This document shows positions 32,501-40,233 of a stretch of DNA of 64,000 nucleotides, in pieces. The position numbers were made by a program, and so were the translations under genes. Each line of letters begins with the position of its first letter. The first letter of the stretch is position 1. This DNA is from Chaetodon trifascialis (Eukaryota). The DNA lies in assembly GCF_039877785.1 (NCBI RefSeq), contig NC_092066.1, positions 5,379,152-5,443,151 of the forward strand. Reading direction: 5' to 3'. The notes beneath the pieces are model-generated. The model saw only the letters and a list, made by a program, of their open reading frames with translations, was not told where the DNA came from and made no database searches.

Positions 32501-35423
32501 TGTGTGCTGCTGTCACATGAACACGGACTGAAACCTGATCACAGAGATCAGATTGAGGATGAGATGATATCTGTGTGTTCAACTAGAACAGATTACAAAT
32601 ACAGATAGGCACATCCTCGAGTGTGAGTGCGTCAGTTTGAGTCAGGTTGAGCTGACTTCCTTTGGGAGCGGCAGTAACTTCTGACTCTTGATTCACTCTG
32701 AATGTGTTCACTTGAGAAAATTGACAAAGATCTGTGTTTCAGGAGAAAAAAGGAGGCCTGGCTGGCATCTTCAAAAGGTCATCCAGCATCGATAACCTTT
32801 TCGATGAGGTGAGTGTCGGCCCTGTGCGGCCTCTGTTACGCCTGACGATAACGTCACTTTGACATGAATGAAATGAAACCGTGTTAATGGCTTTTTATCC
32901 CTGGTCTTAAATCAGGAGAAAGGTGGGCTGTTCAGTGGACTTCAGAGGAAGAAAACACCCAAAGCGTCTGGAGATGAAGCAGCTGCAGAGGTGAGTTTTA
33001 TGTTACGCTGCGAGCATCACTGTCTGTGGTTATCGTCCGCATTAATACAACGTCCATTGCTATTTTTTCAGGACAAAGACGACCAGAAGGAGCTGATGGC
33101 AAGTAATGACAGTCTGTCTGAAAACAACACCACCAAGGTACAGTGTTTATTTAAATTCACTTTAACATGCAGCAGACTTTCTCATGTACATAAAAAACAC
33201 ATTTTAGAATATTTTAGTTTGTTTTTGCTTCAGTTTGCACTTAAAAAATGAACATTTCGACATGCCAGTGCTGTTTTGTTTTATTTTTAACTGTGTTCAA
33301 TGTCTGTTTGCAGGAGAAAAGTATTTTCAGTGGCATGTTCAAGAAGACTTCCAAACCAGCAGAGGAGACGACAGCAGACGAGGTACAGTAATGACTCCTT
33401 CACATGAAGTTTATACTTTTGCTCTTAGTTTTGCTCTTTCTTATGTTTTATTTTCGGTTCAGGAATTAAACGCCGGTGATGATCAGATGTTCTCTGCCAG
33501 TTGTGAAAATCTGTTAGAAGCGACCACATCAAAGGTGTGAATGATGTCCGACCATCACACACAGCCTGTTTTTCTCTGTTCTGCCACTTACGATTGATTG
33601 TTTACGTGTGGATGTTTCGTCCGTTTCAGGAGAAAACTGGAGGACTGGCAGGGATCTTCAAGAAGTCTCCCAAGCCGGCTCCACGCTCCATTGTTACTAA
33701 GGTGACCGGAGGAGCTCGCTTTGTTTGATCTCATTTCTGTTTTTTATGGTAAAATTCTTCAGAAATAACCTTCAGCAAGTTGAAAAAAAAGTTCCTTTTT
33801 GTCCTCCAGGATCCGCTGAGCGACTCAAAGGAGCTGTCCGCCAGCTGCGACAGCCTCGTAGAAACCGCTGAGGTGAGACCTGAAGTCTGTGGATGCACTT
33901 GGTGACACTCAGAACAGAAAGCACGAGAAAGAAACGCTCAGCACACTTAAACCCTGCTGGACCAGCACTACCAGGAGACCTCGTGATTTAGACATTAGCC
34001 GCCACATCTGTACTTTATGTGGTGCATTCACACAAAATAAATTAAATCTGTATTTCAGTTTTATACTTTGTCCTCCAAGTACGACGTTGAAGCCCTGCGT
34101 GGCATCAGTGTTTCATTAGACGAGCGTCCATTCAGCAGCCACATTAATGACACAGTTTAGGGTTGTTTTTCCGACTTTCTTCATGTGTTACAAGCATAAA
34201 TACATGTTTGCAGCTCGTTCACATCAAGCAACAGCTGCTTTGCGGCTGTGCTTTAATGCGACAAACTGTTGTTGTCTGTCGTCGCTCATTTCAAATCTCA
34301 GCGAAGCCGCTGCTGCTCAACATGCAGCGAGCTGCGATCAAATCTCGTGTTCGTTCAGTTCAGCTTTAACGTCTGTTTCCTGACAACAGAAAACAGATGT
34401 TAAAAGAGCATTTGAAGCTCAGTTTGCAGAGCCTTCCTCTCTCCTGATCCTCTGCCAGCAAACATATAAGACAGATTGTCGGTGCCATTATTTACAGCTT
34501 TACATTTACTTTTTAACATCCCAGTTGGTTTTTGAGCTGCGACCCAGATGTTTCAGTGTCAGTAGCTGCGTTTCCATTACAGTTGTTCGCAAAATAAAAG
34601 CGATATTTCTGAAATTTCGACAAAGTTCAAGTGCTACTTGCAGGTGTTTCCATTGAACGGTGTTTTGCGAACTAACCGAAATTCTCGTAAATTCTCGGCC
34701 GTCCCGCGAGACTGGAAGATGGCCGAAAGCGTTATGCGTCTCGGTACACTGATCTCAGGAGCTGGTACGGCTGTTGCTGTCCTTATTATGAACAGAAGGC
34801 GGAGGCAACGTATAACTGTTCAAAGGCGAAGCCCTTATGTGTGGCAGCGGCCACGAATAAGGGATTTCTGGGAGAAGATTGTAAATGAGGAATTCACAGA
34901 CGAACTGTGGATACAACATTTTCGGATGACCCGGGCCACGTTCAACGAGCTTTGCGATGTTCTTGAACCTCTTGTGGCACCAGATGCGACATGTAAATGC
35001 GAAAAAAGTGTTTCCATTACACTTTTGCGATACGCTTTTATATTGACACGTCTGAAAAACCACCTCATGAGAGCGTAAAAATGTTTTTGCGATATTTGAG
35101 AGGATTTTCGAAATATAGGTGTTTCCATTACCAGTATTTTATTGCGATATTTAGGTTTTGCGCATTTCTAGGGGTAATGGAAACGCAGCTACTGACTCCA
35201 AACACTGAAATTTATTTCATTTTATTTTGCAGGAGGATCAACTGTTTACTAGTCAGGATAATCTGTTGGAAGCTGTGAGCGCCTCAAAGGTGAGTCTTGT
35301 AGAGTGTATTATTATTCTGTCAGCTCGTTCGGACTTTCAATGAATGCTTCATGTTTTATCTGTTGAACAGGAGAAAAAAGGAGGGTTTGGTGGAATTTTC
35401 AGGAGGACGCCCAAAACACATCA
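26594..35423 (+). CDS. ApoL-repeat gene 2, exon-pair repeat array: about 33 short phase-0 exons, mostly alternating type A (EKGG-FSG-FKK-PK) and type B (D--ELS-S-DSLSEN--K)
   Basis: All exons have AG/GT boundaries and lengths that are multiples of 3.
- 26594-26659: SDPTVLTGMFRRSQKGQTPSFT
- 26980-27057: SYLIDSCAEEEKSDDAPAKQAPGSKP
- 27138-27188: SALKGVMKGLQFKSSPK
- 28120-28224: ASVEPSPGG...EKNAEPKQ (AAG acceptor)
- 28332-28403: DFGGLIAGMFRKTPKEKTPSPALT
- 28484-28552: VSKADSDPEDAEEAEEKTSEQSH
- 28922-28990: EKGGFFSGILKKPNKAPEETPAQ
- 29098-29157: ENLSVSSELSASSDSLSENK
- 29284-29355: EKGGIFSGLFKKSPKAAEAAQTDE
- 29444-29506: DQQSLHDSLSGSNDNLSENSK
- 29598-29669: EKGGFFSGILRKSPKIPGEGTPGQ
- 29832-29894: DKQQLQTDPSDSKETENNSTN
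- 30117-30188: EKGGVFSGMFKKSPKLSEKPRLEE
- 30435-30494: GAESLHGELSISSDSLSENK
- 30611-30667: EKGSLFSGLRRKTPKAAGE
- 30842-30910: ENLSAQKDLSASNDSLSEAANTK
- 31094-31165: EKGGAFSGIFKKSTRLADSPPTEE
- 31341-31406: DKQPPGDELSGSSEAPSESSAK
- 31499-31570: EKGGIFSGIFKKAPKPADAAQPEE
- 31776-31835: DESPDKELSTSSENLCENKQ
- 31930-32004: EKGGRLLSGLLKKTPKASGEKTESQ
- 32094-32159: DREAQSELSASNDDLSEGSSTK
- 32237-32305: EKNIFSNMFKKPQKAAEGAAADK
- 32390-32458: ELEENSKDRLSGSCENLSDAAPK
- 32743-32808: EKKGGLAGIFKRSSSIDNLFDE
- 32916-32990: EKGGLFSGLQRKKTPKASGDEAAAE
- 33072-33137: DKDDQKELMASNDSLSENNTTK
- 33314-33382: EKSIFSGMFKKTSKPAEETTADE
- 33463-33534: ELNAGDDQMFSASCENLLEATTSK
- 33630-33701: EKTGGLAGIFKKSPKPAPRSIVTK
- 33810-33872: DPLSDSKELSASCDSLVETAE
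- 35233-35289: EDQLFTSQDNLLEAVSASK
- 35370-35423: EKKGGFGGIFRRTPKTHQ. Confidence 0.7.
34551..35209. mobile_element. non-autonomous Harbinger (PIF/Harbinger superfamily) miniature DNA transposon in an intron of gene 2, carrying a remnant of the HARBI1-like transposase N-terminus
   Basis: Terminal inverted repeats are tttcagtgtcagtagctgcgtttccattac (34551-34580) and gtaatggaaacgcagctactgactccaaacactgaaa (35173-35209). Sub-terminal gtgtttccatta(c) repeats occur at 34644, 35010, 35121 and 35170. The internal ORF 34638-35078 encodes ...RRRRQRITVQRRSPYVWQRPRIRDFWEKIVNEEFTDELWIQHFRMTRATFNELCDVLEPLVAPDATC..., the conserved N-terminal region of Harbinger/HARBI1-type transposases. The DDE core is absent. 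Confidence 0.65.
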
Positions 35424-35640
35424 GGTACGATTTTCGAGAGCGACAGACCAAGTGAGGGGAGCAGTCACATTCTTGAACACAAATAAAGAACACAGTTAGC
35501 AGCGTGATGTGAAATGATGCTAATAACAGGTATAAATGCAGAGAGCTAGCATTTTGAGTGCATTAACTGATCCCTATAAACTCCTGAATCCTGCACAGCT
35601 GTTAAACATTTATCTCTGCTGCCAATCTCTTCTTCTGCAG

Positions 35641-37342
35641 GAGAGTGAGGACATGGAGGCCCCGGAGGGAGGCGGGCTGAGACGCAGGAGAACCATCAAG
35701 AAAAAAAGACGGGTGAGCTGTCTGTTGTCCACGTTAAACACAGCTCGTCTTCAAAGTCGTGAAAGTTTGGAAAATGCCTCATTTTAACCGTTATGTTTTC
35801 AAGGCTGCAGTAGGAATGTGCTTGAATCTGAATATAGTCCTTGCACAGTGCTTGATTTTCAGCATGATTGTGTTAAAGGTCTTTCCTCATCGACGAACCC
35901 TTCTTCTCTCGGTTTGTTTTCTCAGGTCGTGTCATTCCGAGTCAAGACAACTCTTCCCAAAATACCGAAGATAAGTTTAACTTCTCAGGTAAGTGCTGAG
36001 CTCTTCCAGCTGATCCTTAGTTAACACTCACTGCGCTGTTTTCTACCTCGATCCTGTTCTTTGACTGCGTCACCACAGAGAGAAACATGCCTCATCCGCT
36101 TTTTATTCATATTTCCTTTGTTTTCTGTTTTTAGTATTAACAAGTGCTAAATTTCTCTAATGACATCAATTATTCTCTCCCCCGCCCCTACAGAGTTCAG
36201 ACCAGATGCCCATTATTGAGGAGGCCGTTGAGCTGCAGGACATGAGCCCAGCTCAGGTAACATGATATTATAATGCAGACATTTAGTGATGTTCACAAAC
36301 ATCCAATCAAGACTCAAACTGAGCCCAGATGTTCACTGAACATCTGTGTATGAATGCCTTGTTTCATTAGCCAGTTATTAAAATTTTACAAACGTAACAT
36401 CATATAAGAATCAGCAAATTAAATCCCTTATGCAAAGCTCAGCGCTGCTCATAAGAATCTCAGCCTGCACAAACAGGAACATGCTCAAAGCATTATGGGT
36501 GTTTTTAATAATATTGTTGGTAGTGTGATTCAATTAGTCATTTAATCGTGTATTTCTTTTGTAAAGCACAGCCTTTAGTACCAGTCACCACTCCACACCT
36601 GCAGCCTGTGAAGAATTAGCATTTAGCTTTTAGTTAGCTTAGTTTGAAGTGATCATGAGCGATGTGTGTGACAGTGAACACACTGGAAGAAGAAACCCTT
36701 TGCTGAACGTCAGCTATATAAAACCATACCGACAGTCAGCTGGTGATGGTTTATGGGATGCTGACAGGCACACAGAGGGAAGGGTCGTGGCAGATGCTAA
36801 CTCTTCACACTGAATTGTTTTCCAGGAGAGCTCAGTGGAGGTCCAGCCTGTGGAGATGGCTGCTTACCCCTCTGAAGACGACCCCCATGAACTTCAGGAG
36901 GTGTGTTTCTGGGACACTTTCACACCTGGAGTGTGGTTCATTTAGTCCAGAAAAGAGGCAAAATTAGATACTGTCGCAAACAAATAACTGATAATAAGTA
37001 CTATTAATATTACTACACTGCAAATTAGCTTTTCATTGACAGAGGTGTCTGTTTTCAGGAGAGTGATGAGTTGATGGAGTGGTGGAACACAGTCAAAGGT
37101 TGGTTTGATTGTTTTCACCCTTTGTTTGTTTGGACTGTTTGTTTAGCTGCTCCACCAGGAGAGTTATCACGGATGTCAGTGAAGACACACACAAAAATAA
37201 ACATAATAATTTGAGTGTAAAAGTCATAAAAAGATAAAAGAACCAGACACAAAACACTGTTTTACATATTTGCTTGCTGGTGGTTTCCAGGCTGGGCAGA
37301 GTGGAACGAGACATCCAATTTCCAGGAGGATGAGGAGGAGAT
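35641..37342 (+). CDS. ApoL-repeat gene 2, linker exons between the repeat array and the ApoL domain
   Basis: - 35641-35712: ESEDMEAPEGGGLRRRRTIKKKRR, a basic cluster that looks like a nuclear localisation signal (NLS)
- 35926-35988: VVSFRVKTTLPKIPKISLTSQ
- 36194-36256: SSDQMPIIEEAVELQDMSPAQ
- 36826-36900: ESSVEVQPVEMAAYPSEDDPHELQE
- 37059-37098: ESDELMEWWNTVK, phase 1 out
- 37291-37342: (G)WAEWNETSNFQEDEEE, phase 2 out
The last two are paralogous to gene 1 exons 15963-16002 and 16536-16587, with the same EWWNTV / W-E-- motifs and the same phases. Confidence 0.6.
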
Positions 37343-37541
37343 GTGAGTCTCATTTATGCTTAAAAAGTCTTACATTCATCGTGGTGAACCCTGCAGAAAC
37401 ATGTTGTTCTGTATTTGTCAGCTTTGGGGTTTAAATGTAAATATATTAAGACTCCATGTTTTGCTTTGTTCCTCAAATTTTGAACATTAGAACTTTAAAC
37501 TGCACCTCGTGAGTCTCACGCCTTCACTCGTGTCTCTCCAG

Positions 37542-37956
37542 GGCGCTGGAGCAGGCAGCTGATCGCGTCTACATGGCAGCTCGTCTGTTTGTGCGCCTTT
37601 TCAACCAGCGGGGGGCGTCCTTACAGCATCGCATCCTGGAGCTTTTGGCTCTGGCCGACGCTGCGGATCAGTTCCACAAGAAAACGGTGACGGCTGCGGT
37701 GGGGGGAGGGGTGGCCAGCGTCGCGGGCAGCGTGGCAACCATCACGGGGCTCATCCTGGCGCCGTTCACATTCGGTGCCTCCATCATTGTCATGGCGGTG
37801 GGCATCAGTGTGGCGACGGCGGGCAGCATCGCCTCAGCGACAGCCAATATCACAGATACAGTTCACTCCAACATGGACCGAAAGAAGCTGGAGAAGATGA
37901 TCCAGAGCTACCAGGAGGAGATCAAAGACATCAGAGAGTGTCTGGAGTTCGTGCAG
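37542..37956 (+). CDS. ApoL-repeat gene 2, ApoL domain part 1 (the hydrophobic G/A-rich hairpin region)
   Basis: The acceptor is ctctccag|g at 37541. Phase 2 gives M-ALEQAADRVYMAARLFVRLFNQRGASLQHRILELLALADAADQFHKKTVTAAVGGGVASVAGSVATITGLILAPFTFGASIIVMAVGISVATAGSIASATANITDTVHSNMDRKKLEKMIQSYQEEIKDIRECLEFVQ, and the donor is cag|gtgagg at 37957. The region is collinear with gene 1 residues of the 17079-18021 exon. It overlaps track ORF 37573-37998, whose read-through into the intron hits a stop. Confidence 0.85.
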
Positions 37957-38059
37957 GTGAGGAACCTCAGGTGTTACACATATCCGGTGTTTATGTGAGT
38001 GTGTACTGACAGACAGAGGTCCATCATAGTCAGATATGATCAGATCAGACAGTGAAGTT

Positions 38060-38460
38060 TGGCTCATCTCTCTCTGTGTCTCTTTCCCTCGCGCTCTCTC
38101 TCTCTCTCCCTCTGTGTGTTTCTCTCACTCCCTCTCTCTCTCTGTTTGTGTCTCTCTGTCTGTCTCGTTCTCTCTTGCTTCCCCCCCTTTCTGTGTGTGT
38201 CTCTCTCCCTCCTTCCCTCCCTCCCCCACTGTGTCTCTCTCTCCCTGTGTGTCTACCTCTCTCTTTCTGTGTGTGTGTGTCTCTGTCTCTCCCCCTCTCC
38301 ACCTCCCTCCCTCCCTGTGTCCTTCTCTCCCTGTGTGTCTCTCTCTCCCTCCTTCCCTCCCTCCCTCTCTGTGTCTCTCTCTCTCTTTTTCTGTGTGTGT
38401 CTGTCTCTGTCTCTGTCTCTCCCTCTCCCTCTTCGCCTCCCTCCCCTTGAGGTTTCTGCC
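38060..38460. repeat. TC-rich simple/low-complexity sequence ((CT)n, (CTCC)n and (CTGT)n variants) filling the intron that splits the ApoL domain of gene 2
   Basis: About 400 nt are almost entirely C/T, with interspersed tgtg. This generates spurious long ORFs on both strands (38036-38536 +, 38045-38632 -). Confidence 0.9.
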
Positions 38461-38585
38461 TGTTAAAAGGAAGTTTTTCCTCTCTGTAGATAAAGATTTT
38501 GGGGTCTGTCCCAGCTCTATATGGAAAGTGTCCTGAGACAACTTCTGTAGTGATTTGGTGCTGTATTGTCTCTGTGCGTCTTGTA

Positions 38586-40233
38586 GGCCGGTATGGACAC
38601 CCTGCAGGAGTGGGACTTTGAGAAATACTCACAGAGTGCTGCCAAAAAGGCTCTGAACCACAACCTGAAGCACGTGATGAAGGAGGGCGGCCGTGCCGGA
38701 AAAGCCCTGATGATCAACACCGATAAGCTCATCAGCACTGTGCAGGTTTTGGGCGCTGCAGGAGGCGCCGCCAAAGCCGCCCAGGCCATCAGCGTCACCA
38801 CAGGGGTCATGTCGGCCCTCTTCCTGGCTCTGGATGTTTTCTTCCTCGCCAAAGACTCCCACGAGCTCCGCAAGGGCGCCAAAACTAAGTTTGCCAAAAA
38901 GATCCGGGACGTCTGTAAAGAACTTCAAGACGGCCTCCTGGAGCTGAACAAGGTGAAGACGCAGCTGCAGAAGACCATGGACGGCATAGAGGTGGAGGAG
39001 TACGAGGAGATTGAGGAGGTGGAGGTGGAGGTGGACGAAGATTTAGAGTCGGATCCGAAGAAGCTGGCCGAGTTGGAAAAGGAGCTGGACATCCTGGAGG
39101 AGAAACTGGACAGGAAGGTCGAAGAGGAGCAGAAGAAGAGTAAAGAGATGGAGAAGGAAAACTTGAAAAATAAGACTGAGAAAAAGGAGGAGAAGAGCGT
39201 TAAGGAAAAAGGAGAGCCACAGGAAAAGAAGAAGGAAGAGGAAACGGGAGAAAAAGACGCTAAGAAAGAGGGAAAGAAGGAAAATAAGAAGGGGAACAAA
39301 GGTGAAGAAGAAAGCAAGCTTGAGATCCCTGACATGGAAAAAGAGCAGAAAAATGAGACCCTCAAAGAGGCCAAAGAGGAAGTTTTAAAGGAACAATCTC
39401 AGAAAGGAAAGAAGAAGGACAAAGACACCGAGAACCGAATTACAGCTTCAAAAGAAAAGGACGAGAGCGAGAGAGACACAATGAGAGACAGCGGAGCAAA
39501 TAAAAAGACAGACGAGAAGGGAAAAGAGGGCGTTAAGAGCAGATCAGGTGACTCCAAAAAGGAGGACTGGGGAGGAAAAGCAAGTTCTGAGAGGGTCAAG
39601 ACAGAGAGAGACAGTGAAAGGAGTCAGAGCAGGAGAGAGGAGGAAAGAGTGATGAACAAAGAGAAGGAGGAGGAGAGCGGGAGCACGAGGAGGCACAGCA
39701 GCAGGAGCGACAAAGACAGACCCCACAGGAGTGAAAGAGGGAGCAAACATGATGAGGAAAGAGGCACCAGCAAATACAGCGACAGGACGGAGAGCCGGAG
39801 GATGGAGGAGGAGAGAGGAGTGAGGGACTGGAGAGCTGAGATGGCAAAAAGCAGAGAGGAGAAGAGAGAAAGCAAGGGAGGACAAGAAGCTAAGAGAGAG
39901 ACGGCGAGGGAGGATTCGCATCGGAGTCACGGAGCGGCGTCGAGGAGGGAGCATCCGGAGAGAGAGGAGAGGAGTCACTACAGGAGAGGAGCAGCCCCGC
40001 ATGATGACCAGAGGGAGAGAGACGAGAAACGAGGGAGCAGGATCGAGAGTGCGAGGAGGCAGTTTGAGAGGGCGGAGGAGGAGGAGAGGGCGAAGAGGAG
40101 AGAGGATGGAGAGTGTCAGAGGAGGGATCAGCAGAGGAGAGGAGGTGAGGAGAGAGACAGGGAGCACGGACACAGCCGGCGAGGATCCCGAGCGCGATCC
40201 AGCGTGCTGCTGGAAGACGGACTGTACATTTAG
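38586..40233 (+). CDS. ApoL-repeat gene 2, terminal exon: ApoL domain part 2, then a long K/E-rich and a long R/E/D/S-rich low-complexity tail of about 400 aa, with the stop at 40231-40233
   Basis: The acceptor is cttgtag|gcc at 38585, and phase 0 gives AGMDTLQEWDFEKYSQSAAKKALNHNLKHVMKEGGRAGKALMINTDKLISTVQVLGAAGGAAKAAQAISVTTGVMSALFLALDVFFLAKDSHELRKGAKTKFAKKIRDVCKELQDGLLELNKVKTQLQ... This is homologous to the second half of the gene 1 ApoL exon. The tail continues as EVEEYEEIEEVEVEVDED...KKEEKSVKEKGE...RSDKDRPHRSERGSKHDEERG...RRGSRARSSVLLEDGLYI*. It corresponds to track ORF 38593-40233. An AATAAA lies at about 40532. Confidence 0.85.

Noticed and set aside
34755-35128. Minus-strand ORFs of 102 and 97 aa
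   Set aside because: They lie inside the Harbinger miniature transposon, antisense to the transposase-remnant ORF, and show no homology.
4601-35423. A regular repeat/spacer periodicity (about 70-nt conserved blocks separated by variable sequence) that superficially resembles a CRISPR array
   Set aside because: This is eukaryotic sequence. The conserved blocks are protein-coding exons bounded by AG/GT, conserved at the amino-acid level rather than the nucleotide level. The spacers are introns of very unequal length. No cas genes or prokaryotic context are present.
38036-38632. Long ORFs on both strands (166 aa +, 195 aa -, others) through 38.0-38.6 kb
   Set aside because: They lie entirely in TC-rich simple sequence inside an intron. 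The translations are low-complexity (SLSLS... / RERERE...) artefacts.
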